Shown here in pieces: positions 20,138 to 28,447 of a stretch of DNA of 64,000 nt; positions within the stretch are counted from its first letter, which is position 1, and every line of letters begins with the position of its first letter. Both the position numbers and the translations under genes were made by a program. Source of the DNA: Candidatus Saccharimonadota bacterium (lineage in GTDB: Bacteria; Patescibacteriota; Saccharimonadia; Saccharimonadales; Saccharimonadaceae). The stretch covers positions 178,588 to 242,587 of the forward strand of contig JAFYAV010000002.1 in assembly GCA_017540545.1 (NCBI GenBank), read 5' to 3'. A model generated the notes under the pieces. It was not told the DNA's origin, made no database searches, and saw only the letters and a program-made list of their open reading frames with translations.

Positions 20138-20529
20138 TTTTTAAGTTCCTTAATTACGACCTCGTCGGCAGGAAGCCAGTTGATAGAGTCGAGCTCATCG
20201 CGATGGAGCCACTTGGCCGCATCGTGCTCCTTAAGCGTTAAGGTACCACTTTTCACCTTCGCCAGGAAGCAGTCCATGCTTAAATGAAAACTTAGGTAAT
20301 CATACTCTACTGTACATAGTTTGTCGCCTACATTAATCTCCGTGTCGAGCTCTTCTATAATCTCGCGGCGAAGTGCTTTTTCCGGAGTCTCTCCCGCTTC
20401 AATCTTTCCTCCCGGAAACTCCCAATACCCCTTCCATTCTCCGTAACCTCTTTGGGTGGCAAAATATTTATCGCCATCAGCTATAATGGCAGCTACGACT
20501 CGAATTGTTTTATTCGTGGAGCTCATCAT
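20134..20529 (-). CDS. NUDIX (MutT-like) nucleoside-triphosphate pyrophosphohydrolase
   Basis: Nudix box GGKIEAGETPEKALRREIIEELD; stop overlaps the start of helicase copy A (ATGA). Confidence 0.85.
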   Translation of the reverse strand: MMSSTNKTIRVVAAIIADGDKYFATQRGYGEWKGYWEFPGGKIEAGETPEKALRREIIEELDTEINVGDKLCTVEYDYLSFHLSMDCFLAKVKSGTLTLKEHDAAKWLHRDELDSINWLPADEVVIKELKK

Positions 20530-20636
20530 TATTCTTGATTAGATCTTATCATAAAACATGCAAAAACTTAGGATGGCAGGGGGGATAAGTACGTGCTTGC
20601 GCTTTCGGTTTTTTCGATAGTTGCTTTAATTAATAT

Positions 20637-21146
20637 ATGAGTTTATTTCAGGAATTCCAAAATCACGAAAAACTGCTCGGTCGAAGAAAACTTGAGGCTA
20701 TGGATTTTTATATTTTAAATATCAAAAAGAACCTGAAATACGAAGAAATCATTTATAATAAACGCAATTTTGAAGAGTTTGAACACTGGTATTATTCATC
20801 TTATCTACAAGATAAGTGTTACAATCGTAGCATGGACGAAGTTAGTAAAGCTGTCGTGGATTTTACGCACGAACGAGATTGGGACCAGTTTCATTCGCCA
20901 GAAAATTTAGCGAAGTCTATTGCTATTGAATCGGGCGAACTTCTTGAATGTTTTCAATGGAATTCTAACTTTGACAAAAAAGAAGTCTGTAAAGAACTAG
21001 CCGACGTCGTAAACTATAGCATCCTCTTAGCAAACAAGCTTGGCGTGAGACTCGAAGACATTGTTATGGAGAAGTTAAAAGAAAACTGTAGAAAATATCC
21101 GGTCGAAAAAGCCAAAGGTAAAAGTACGAAATACACAAAGCTATGA
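20637..21146 (+). CDS. MazG-like all-alpha nucleotide pyrophosphohydrolase
   Basis: FTHERDWDQFHSPENLAKSIAIESGELLECFQW ... ELADVVNYSILLANKLG; the family-sized core starts at the internal ATG 20832 (104 aa), so the 20637 start may be an over-extension; stop overlaps helicase copy B (ATGA). Confidence 0.8.
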   Translation: MSLFQEFQNHEKLLGRRKLEAMDFYILNIKKNLKYEEIIYNKRNFEEFEHWYYSSYLQDKCYNRSMDEVSKAVVDFTHERDWDQFHSPENLAKSIAIESGELLECFQWNSNFDKKEVCKELADVVNYSILLANKLGVRLEDIVMEKLKENCRKYPVEKAKGKSTKYTKL

Positions 21147-23023
21147 TAGTTTACCAAGACACGAAGAAACAATTTCAGGCCGATGTCGACTTAAACCAGA
21201 TCGTCGACAAGATCAATAACGAGTATATACCTCGTTTTGGACATACGACAGAGTCGCAGCTCCGCGCTTGGAAAAATTCCATGCAGTATATGCATAATGT
21301 ACTCAATACGGGCGAAATCCCAGACGATGCCGGCGTAGCAATAGAATATAATATCCAGCCAACGTCTAAACGAATCGACTTTCTTTTATCTGGCAAAGAT
21401 GAAAACGGAAACCTAACGGCAATTATTGTCGAATTGAAGCAGTGGGAAAGCTGTGAAGCAGTTCGCGACGAAGATGGCGTAGTTGAAACTTTTGTGGGCG
21501 GAGGCAATCGCAAGGTTGCGCATCCAAGCTACCAAGCAATGAGCTACAAGCATCTCATTCAGGATTACAACGAGGCAGCACAAGAAGGACCAGTATATCT
21601 TTTCCCGTGCGCATTTCTACATAACTACCGCATCACTCCAGAGGATCCGATAGTTGACCCACAATATGACGAATACCTCAAAGAAGCACCCGTATTCGGC
21701 GCGAATGATTTCGAAAAGCTTCGGAACTTCATTAAAAATCATCTATCTACCGGCGATAAAGGCGAAACGATTTTTAAGATTGAATATGGTCGAATTCGTC
21801 CATCTAAGATGCTTCAGGATTCTATTGTGCGAATGCTTCAAGGCAAGAAAGAATTCGTCTTAATTGATACACAGAAAATAGTATACGAGCACGCAAAACG
21901 CATAGCTCGAAAAGCCGAATTTGATAACAAGAAGCACGTATTAATCGTAAAAGGTGGTCCAGGCACCGGCAAAACAGTCCTAGCAATTAATTTACTCTCG
22001 GACTTTCTAAATGAAAGCTTGTCAGCATTTTATGTCACGAAGAACCAGGCGCCTCGCGCCGTATTTAAACAAAAACTAAAAGACGGCGGCTTCAAGAATG
22101 TATTCATCGACACCCTGTTTCAAAGCTCTGGAAGTTTTATCGACTCAGTAACAAACGGAATTGACGTCTTATTAGTTGACGAGTCGCACCGTTTGAATGA
22201 AAAATCAGGAATGTTCTCAAATAAGGGCGAGAATCAGACAAAAGAAATAATTAATGCCGCCAAGTTCTCTATTTTCTTTATAGATGAGGCACAGAGAGTC
22301 ACGTTAAAAGATAAAGGCACGATTGCCGATATAAAGAAATTTGCATCCGAACAGAACGCTGAAATAGAAGAAATAGAACTTGATAGCCAATTCCGCTGTA
22401 ATGGCTCAGATGGATATTTGGCATGGCTAGACAATTTACTCGAAATTCGCGAAACCGCAAATGCAAATAGTCTCGAATACGATTACGACTTCCGCGTCTT
22501 TGATGATCCGAACGAATTGTACGACGCAATTGTTAAGCGGAATGATAATAATAAAGCCCGTATGGTTGCTGGCTATTGTTGGGATTGGGTTAAGGCTGGT
22601 CAAAATAATACCGATGTCCTAGATATTACAATTCCAGAATTTGGCTTTGCAAAGAGCTGGAACTTAGGAAATACTTCAACTTGGGCTATAGATCCAGAAT
22701 CTATCGAACAAATTGGTTGTATTCATACCTGCCAAGGGCTTGAGTTCGACTACGTAGGCGTAATTATAGGAGACGATATGCGTTATGAGAATGGCAGAAT
22801 CGTAACAGACGCCACTAAGCGCGCAAAAACCGACTCGTCGCTCAAGGGTCTCAAGAAATTAATTGCCGAGGATCCTGACGCTGCGGAAGAAATTGCGGAC
22901 AAAATCATTAAGAATACGTACCGCACGCTCATGACACGAGGAATGAAAGGTTGCTATGTCTATTGCACTGATACATCGCTTGCGGAATATTTAAAAGCGA
23001 GTCTCGCAAGGCTTAATAAATAA
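21143..23023 (+). CDS. PD-(D/E)xK nuclease + DUF2075/Schlafen-type SF1 helicase protein (copy B)
   Basis: IEYNIQPTSKRIDFLLSG...TAIIVELKQWE nuclease core; Walker A VKGGPGTGKTVLAINL; LLVDESHRL and FFIDEAQRV; YRTLMTRGMKGCYVYC; 626 aa. Confidence 0.8.
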   Translation: MIVYQDTKKQFQADVDLNQIVDKINNEYIPRFGHTTESQLRAWKNSMQYMHNVLNTGEIPDDAGVAIEYNIQPTSKRIDFLLSGKDENGNLTAIIVELKQWESCEAVRDEDGVVETFVGGGNRKVAHPSYQAMSYKHLIQDYNEAAQEGPVYLFPCAFLHNYRITPEDPIVDPQYDEYLKEAPVFGANDFEKLRNFIKNHLSTGDKGETIFKIEYGRIRPSKMLQDSIVRMLQGKKEFVLIDTQKIVYEHAKRIARKAEFDNKKHVLIVKGGPGTGKTVLAINLLSDFLNESLSAFYVTKNQAPRAVFKQKLKDGGFKNVFIDTLFQSSGSFIDSVTNGIDVLLVDESHRLNEKSGMFSNKGENQTKEIINAAKFSIFFIDEAQRVTLKDKGTIADIKKFASEQNAEIEEIELDSQFRCNGSDGYLAWLDNLLEIRETANANSLEYDYDFRVFDDPNELYDAIVKRNDNNKARMVAGYCWDWVKAGQNNTDVLDITIPEFGFAKSWNLGNTSTWAIDPESIEQIGCIHTCQGLEFDYVGVIIGDDMRYENGRIVTDATKRAKTDSSLKGLKKLIAEDPDAAEEIADKIIKNTYRTLMTRGMKGCYVYCTDTSLAEYLKASLARLNK

Positions 23024-23303
23024 TTACTCTTTATCCCCCCACGGAACTTCAAGGTATGCACTCTTTTACAACAATCATTAATTGTGGCAGCCCTCGCAGA
23101 GTTGTCGTATTTTAGCTTGGTTCGAACTATTCTTCAACTAGTACATAATGCTTATGCTTGCGTTCTTGAACCTACTAAATTCCCTGGATTTACAGACGAG
23201 AGCGGCCGATATACTTCAAATGGATCTTTTGGCCCGAAAAATATTCTTGAACCCCGAAATTGACCAACAAAAAACACCCTACGGGCATTTTTAGCTTATC
23301 TTG

Positions 23304-23380
23304 TGGTGATCCCGGAGGGAGTCGAACCCTCGATTTTCTGGATGAGAACCAGACGTCCTAGACCACTAGACGACGGGACC
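23304..23380 (-). tRNA. tRNA-Glu (anticodon CUC), CCA encoded
   Basis: Reverse complement GGTCCCGTCGTCTAGTGGTCTAGGACGTCTGGTTCTCATCCAGAAAATCGAGGGTTCGACTCCCTCCGGGATCACCA folds as a cloverleaf; anticodon loop TTCTCAT. Confidence 0.95.
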
Positions 23381-23490
23381 AATATCAGTATTGTAACAGA
23401 AACATCCCCCTTTTGCAAATCGAAAAAACATGGTATAATAACAGTAGTCGTAAGGGGAAAGACCCTTGCCGAATGGGAGTTATATATAAA

Positions 23491-23940
23491 ATGAATATTA
23501 TTAGGCGTTATTGGCGTATTATATTTCCAATATTTTTTGTAATATTAATCTGGATTTTCTCAGACATGAGTGGCGATAATTCTAACAACAAGTCGCTCTA
23601 TTGGGCCGGAATGCTTGGGCTTTCCAACGCTATTACTCGCACTATTGCCCACTTTGTACTGTTTGGTGCGCTAGGTTTCTCCATCTCCGCCTTCGTTAAA
23701 GGTCTCCATTCGACAGAATTTCCCAACATCTCCCTCACTCTTTACCCAATCGTCCTCTGCGTCGCCTATGGCGCCATCGACGAAGTTCACCAACTCACCA
23801 TCGTTGGTCGCAACGGTACAATTGGCGACGTCTTTATAGACTCCCTTGCCGGCATTATTGGTACTCTAATCTATATCATCATCTTCTGCTTCTGGCGACG
23901 TTGGCGTATTTATCGCCAATTAAAACAAATCAGCAGATAA
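23491..23940 (+). CDS. VanZ-like family membrane protein
   Basis: 4 TM segments, conserved IDEVHQL motif; the ORF opens at 23413 but ATG 23491 (MNIIRRYWRIIF) fits the family N-terminus. Confidence 0.7.
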   Translation: MNIIRRYWRIIFPIFFVILIWIFSDMSGDNSNNKSLYWAGMLGLSNAITRTIAHFVLFGALGFSISAFVKGLHSTEFPNISLTLYPIVLCVAYGAIDEVHQLTIVGRNGTIGDVFIDSLAGIIGTLIYIIIFCFWRRWRIYRQLKQISR

Positions 23941-23981
23941 TTAAAAGAGCCGACGCACAAGCGCCGGCTTTTTTGTTGTTT

Positions 23982-24656
23982 TTATGCAACAGGCACAAAC
24001 ATTACATTCCCCGTTGAGCAGCAATACGAAAGTTTTTCTACAATCTTCGGCAGAGCAGTGAGAGGAAGACAATCGCGCATGCCTATTTCCTCAATAATGT
24101 CCTGAACCATAACGGAATTCACGGTTGCATACCGAATATTGCACGGACCGCTTAAAGCACGATAAACCTTCCGTGCCAAAGCAGCCTCGAAGTGTTTCCG
24201 AAAAGGCTCATTAATCGCTGCGCCATATTGCGCCAGACGCCTTGTCCAGCCTTCGACATATGCGATCAGCCATTCCGGCCATTCATCGCGGGGCGCGTAA
24301 ACCTGGTAGAGATCATACCAGTACGGCTCGGATTTACTCCGGACCTGGTTCACAATTTCAGCCCAAAATTCATCGTCGCCGTAGCGTATCGATAAGACCT
24401 CAAGAACGCATCCAATATTTTCGATACAATTCTTCATGTCTTTATCGTTCGTCCAGAAGCCAGCTGCTCTCCTGCTATCGATAACGCCAGTCAGCTCGTT
24501 CGCAAAACCTTGCCTCCTCATCCGAAGTCGGCCCGACGTGCGCATTTTCTCGCAGGCCTCCTCCAGAATTTCATACGTACCCAACGGCATGCCGGGGGCA
24601 CACAAACGATACGACGGGTCTTCAACGGCAGCGAGAATTTTTCGTACTACGTTCAT
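23982..24656 (-). CDS. Orphan hypothetical protein (W/R/C-rich, cytosolic)
   Basis: 224-aa ORF, AAGGAG SD 6 nt upstream, consensus promoter upstream; no recognisable domain. Confidence 0.7.
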   Translation of the reverse strand: MNVVRKILAAVEDPSYRLCAPGMPLGTYEILEEACEKMRTSGRLRMRRQGFANELTGVIDSRRAAGFWTNDKDMKNCIENIGCVLEVLSIRYGDDEFWAEIVNQVRSKSEPYWYDLYQVYAPRDEWPEWLIAYVEGWTRRLAQYGAAINEPFRKHFEAALARKVYRALSGPCNIRYATVNSVMVQDIIEEIGMRDCLPLTALPKIVEKLSYCCSTGNVMFVPVA

Positions 24657-24760
24657 TACAGCTCCTTTCGCTCGTGCAAAAAACTAAAGGTCCATTACAT
24701 TATCGCATGGTTTAGATTCATCACCTCCATCCCATAGCATGCGATAATGCTAACCTTAAT

Positions 24761-24789
24761 ATTATAAAATACTCGCACGCATTAGTCAA
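24761..24789 (-). promoter_or_regulatory. Consensus sigma-70 promoter of orphan gene 23982-24656
   Basis: On minus strand TTGACT (24789-24784), 17 nt, TATAAT (24766-24761); followed by an 11-bp perfect hairpin ATTATCGCATG/CATGCGATAAT (24748-24699). Confidence 0.65.
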
Positions 24790-24934
24790 TAGAACCGTAT
24801 TAGTCTCCAATCTTTGCAATATATCCCCTGGAACAAAAAATCGGCATCCATGCCGACCAGTTTTTATTGCAAAACCACTATGGACTAATTATATCACACT
24901 TGCGACATTTTGTCAATTTTGCTAAAATATAGTC

Positions 24935-26236
24935 ATGAAACTACCAGTAGTAGCAATCATTGGGCAAACCAATGCCGGCAAATCTAGTCTATTTAATCGC
25001 CTTGTACGCAAATCGCAAGCTATCGTTGCGCGCGAAGCGGGTACAACTCGCGACAATGTTGTCGGTAGGGTTGAGGGAAAGTATATCCTCATTGACACCG
25101 CCGGCCTCAAAGACCCGAACGACGACTTCGAGGCGCATATTCAGGATCAAATCGACGACGCTATCGCCTCGGCCGACATGATTTTGATCGCAATGGACTC
25201 AACTAAATACCCCGACCACAACGACAAGCTCATTGCCAAAAAAGCCCTCAAATCCGGCAAACCGACCATGCTCCTACTCAATAAATCCGACATAGGAGAA
25301 GCACTACCGCTTGAAGAATTCTATAGCCTAGGCGTCAAAGACCCATTACGCGTTTCCGCAACTACTGGCCTACACCTAAATGAGCTTCGTGCGATAATCG
25401 ATCAAGAACTCAAACAACTTGGCTTCAGTCTCACTCAGGCAAAACAGCAAGATGATACGCTCAAAGTCGCCCTAATCGGCCGCCCCAATGTCGGCAAGTC
25501 TAGTCTTTTCAATTCGCTCGCCAAGAAACAACAGGCCATTGTAGCTAACCTTTCTGGCACGACTCGCGACATTAACCGCACCGAAATCAAATATAAAGGT
25601 CAAACTATCGAGTTGCTCGACACGGCCGGCTTACGCAAACCTGGCAAAAGGGAAGTGGGCATCGAAAAATTCAGCGCTTTGCGTAGCCTTGCCGCAATCG
25701 AAGAAGCCGATATTTGCTGCCTACTTATCGACAGTACCGAGCCACACTCCAAACTCGACCAGACTCTAGCTGGCGAAATCATTAAAGCCGGCAAAGGTAT
25801 CATCCTTGTTGTCACTAAAACCGATCTCGAGCACAAAGCAACTGATGCTATTCTCGACGATCTCGAATATGACTTTAACTTTGTTCCATACGCTCCAGTC
25901 GTTATGACGTCTAGCGTAGAAGGGAAGAATGTCACAAAAATCTTCGAGCTCGCTCAGCAAATCGATAAAGCCCGTCACGCCGAACTTAAAACTTCCGATC
26001 TCAATAAGCTCCTCATGGACGCCGTCGCCTCGCATCCACCAGCCGGGCTCAAAAACACCCACCCCAAGCTCCGTTACATGGTGCAGACCGACACCTGCCC
26101 GCCCTGGTTCGTGGTTTATGGCAGCAACCTCAGCCTTCTTCACTGGAGCTACAAACGCTATCTCGAACGCCGACTCCGCGAAGCCTTTGATTTCACCGGC
26201 ACGCCAATTTTCTTTAGCTTCCGCAATCGCGATTAG
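24935..26236 (+). CDS. der: Ribosome-associated GTPase Der/EngA
   Basis: Two tandem GTPase domains (GQTNAGKSSLFN...DTAG; GRPNVGKSSLFN...DTAGLRK...TKTDL) plus KH-like C-terminus. Confidence 0.95.
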   Translation: MKLPVVAIIGQTNAGKSSLFNRLVRKSQAIVAREAGTTRDNVVGRVEGKYILIDTAGLKDPNDDFEAHIQDQIDDAIASADMILIAMDSTKYPDHNDKLIAKKALKSGKPTMLLLNKSDIGEALPLEEFYSLGVKDPLRVSATTGLHLNELRAIIDQELKQLGFSLTQAKQQDDTLKVALIGRPNVGKSSLFNSLAKKQQAIVANLSGTTRDINRTEIKYKGQTIELLDTAGLRKPGKREVGIEKFSALRSLAAIEEADICCLLIDSTEPHSKLDQTLAGEIIKAGKGIILVVTKTDLEHKATDAILDDLEYDFNFVPYAPVVMTSSVEGKNVTKIFELAQQIDKARHAELKTSDLNKLLMDAVASHPPAGLKNTHPKLRYMVQTDTCPPWFVVYGSNLSLLHWSYKRYLERRLREAFDFTGTPIFFSFRNRD

Positions 26237-26267
26237 CGCATGCAGATAATATGCTAAAATCTATCTC

Positions 26268-26789
26268 ATGAAAGTCATTGTAGGTTTTGGCAACCCTGGC
26301 AGCAAATACAACTTTACCCGCCACAATCTCGGTTTTTTGGCGCTAGATTTTTATGCAAAAACCCACAAACTCACATGGCAAAACAAACCTAAATTCAACG
26401 CAATCGTCGCTAAAAATGACGAAAACGGTACATTATTCATCAAAGCGCAGACCTATTACAACGAAGTAGGACAAAGCGTCCGCGCTGTACTGGACTTCTA
26501 CAAACTTTCACCGCAAGATATTCTAGTAATCTGCGACGATTTTAATCTGGAATTTGGAAAAATACGCTTCCGCGAACGGGGCAGTGCGGGTGGCAACAAT
26601 GGTCTCAAATCCATCATCGCTCATTTAGGGACCGAGGATTTTCCGCGCCTCCGCATCGGCACAGCTAACGACGATATTCGTAGCAAGGTTGGCGATACGG
26701 ACTTTGTTTTATCGCGATTCAGCGAACAAGAGTACGCAGAACTACCGACAATCCTTCGCGAAATAGAAAGCTTTATTGATAAAAAATAG
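26268..26789 (+). CDS. pth: Peptidyl-tRNA hydrolase
   Basis: GFGNPGSKYNFTRHNLGF, DDFNLEFGKIRFRERGSAGGNNGLKSI. Confidence 0.95.
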   Translation: MKVIVGFGNPGSKYNFTRHNLGFLALDFYAKTHKLTWQNKPKFNAIVAKNDENGTLFIKAQTYYNEVGQSVRAVLDFYKLSPQDILVICDDFNLEFGKIRFRERGSAGGNNGLKSIIAHLGTEDFPRLRIGTANDDIRSKVGDTDFVLSRFSEQEYAELPTILREIESFIDKK

Positions 26790-26836
26790 GGCCGTCCACA
26801 ATGGGCAGCCCTCTTCAGTGCGATTCTGGAAAACAA

Positions 26837-27730
26837 CTAGTCACTTACAAGACGACAATACTTAGAACCAGCTATTGTCTCTGAGCAGAGATTCCCGCCA
26901 TTGTACCAGACGGGCTGAAAGCAAGTGTGATAAATGCCTTCAATTTGCTCCACGCACTTCCTGAACGGCTTCAGGCTGTCTTTGTGATAATAAAAGTTGA
27001 TCTTCTTGTCCCCGAAGGACACCGATGCTGCGCTTGGACCAAACGTAAAAATACCGTCTACGGGGAACGGCGTGAAAGAAGAGTTCGCAACAATCTGTCT
27101 GAACTTCTTCCTGAGGTCCCTTCGTTCACGATATCGAGCAAGAACAGCATCGAACCTTTCTTCCTCCGGCACCTTTTTCTCAAAGTATGCCATTGGATCC
27201 TTCTCAAACTCCTCCAGATGCTCCGCCCCACCAATATGAAGATGGCCGAACTGCCACGAATAGGCATACCCGAATGGAGAGCTCCACCCCCTAGGCTGAA
27301 TCTTAACCAAGACATAGCCATTGGGGTCATCGAACCGAATAACCGACCGCCCCCATTGATCCTTCCATCCACTGCTTCTGGTTCTATCCGTGAACGCAAA
27401 GAGAGGAACGTCGGCACCTTCCGCGGTAACATCAGCGTTGTCTTTCCCGATATTGAACCGATCCGTAGTTAGCATAATGAGCTGGTCTCGCTTAGTGCCA
27501 CAAGAAACCAGATTATACGTTTTTTCATAACCTGGCACTAACATACAATGATGAATATCCATGCACTGATGCCGATAGCGCCCAAGCACATCGACGCTCG
27601 TCGAAATCGTGTCCGGCCTAAAGCCGTCCGCTCGCAGAACAGGCCAACCGTCATCGAAACCGTACCCATCGCTCGTAGCGCGCCAACTAAGCACCTCATC
27701 ACAGCTTTCACTTCGCAATAATCGAATCAT
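26837..27730 (-). CDS. Orphan hypothetical protein
   Basis: The ORF runs to 27790, but the ATG at 27730 (MIRLLRSE...) has a GGAGGTG SD 4 nt upstream, so a 297-aa product is preferred; no recognisable domain. Confidence 0.65.
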   Translation of the reverse strand: MIRLLRSESCDEVLSWRATSDGYGFDDGWPVLRADGFRPDTISTSVDVLGRYRHQCMDIHHCMLVPGYEKTYNLVSCGTKRDQLIMLTTDRFNIGKDNADVTAEGADVPLFAFTDRTRSSGWKDQWGRSVIRFDDPNGYVLVKIQPRGWSSPFGYAYSWQFGHLHIGGAEHLEEFEKDPMAYFEKKVPEEERFDAVLARYRERRDLRKKFRQIVANSSFTPFPVDGIFTFGPSAASVSFGDKKINFYYHKDSLKPFRKCVEQIEGIYHTCFQPVWYNGGNLCSETIAGSKYCRLVSD

Positions 27731-28053
27731 TATCCACCTCCTAAACACATATCGCACAGCTGTTCCGTCGCAACTAACCCACCCATACAAATCCTAAGAT
27801 CCTGTGGGTTCAAGAGATAAAATAACATAAAAAAGTATTCCCTTCAAATAATGACCAGATACCGCACCGTCCGGACGACTAATCATGCTTTGCAAAAGTG
27901 CAAAAAACCTGTCAAAATCGCCCAAAAATGACGCAATTTATACAATATTTTTACAAAATAACAATAAGCATTTTCACCCCTGTAGAATCCGCACATTTCT
28001 GGTCATAATCTGGCAATTTTCCGTAGATTTTACAAAAAAAGATGGAAAAAGTA

Positions 28054-28082
28054 TTGCATATTTTGCAAATACGTGCTATAAT
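28054..28082 (+). promoter_or_regulatory. Near-consensus promoter of a non-coding transcript
   Basis: TTGCAT (28054-28059), 17-nt spacer, extended -10 TGCTATAAT (28074-28082). Confidence 0.65.
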
Positions 28083-28089
28083 CATAATA

Positions 28090-28383
28090 GTTTTGGCCCA
28101 AAGGGTCAAAAAACCGCACCTAAATAATTGATAACGTTGCTAAATTTATTTTAGCAAATGTTGCGTGCTTTAGAAACTCTTTCGGCCTTCAAATTTCTCC
28201 TATAGTTTGAAGTGAAAAGTATTACCTCCACTTAGAAAGATCTTTCTAAAGCTAGCAATCCCTATAACCGGCGGACCCCATGTGTGAGGTGGGTCACGCT
28301 TCCGGAGTTCTCCGGGTGCCTTAGGAGGTGTGTTGTAGGGCCAAATAGCCACAGGTGATGCCCACCCTTACCTGTGGCTTTTT
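28090..28383 (+). ncRNA. Candidate structured ncRNA (~295 nt), family unknown
   Basis: No ORF; promoter upstream; closing helix UUUGGCCC (28092-28099)/GGGCCAAA (28338-28345); several internal helices; terminator GCCACAGGU...ACCUGUGGC+UUUUU (28348-28383). Confidence 0.45.
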
Positions 28384-28447
28384 GGTGGTTTAATTTCTTT
28401 GCACTCATCGCTAAAATGTTAATCTGCATCTATGCTAAAATAAGAAT

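Noticed and set aside
20579-23040. 10-bp inverted repeat GGGGGGATAA (20579-20588) / TTATCCCCCC (23031-23040) flanking the MazG-like + helicase-B operon as possible cassette ends
   Set aside because: Similarity does not extend beyond the 10-11-nt core. No target-site duplication or recombinase is present. It could easily be chance.
14391-23380. Direct repeat of the tRNA-Glu 3' end (att site) marking the island borders
   Set aside because: I found no second copy of GAGTCGAACCC/CCCGGAGGGA-type sequence near 14.4 kb or elsewhere in the island by eye. An integrative-element origin is therefore unproven.
27885-28127. 80-aa plus-strand ORF upstream of the ncRNA
   Set aside because: It is AT-rich and Lys/Asn/Phe-biased, overlaps the consensus promoter at 28054-28082 and has no SD. 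It looks like a spurious ORF in an intergenic region.
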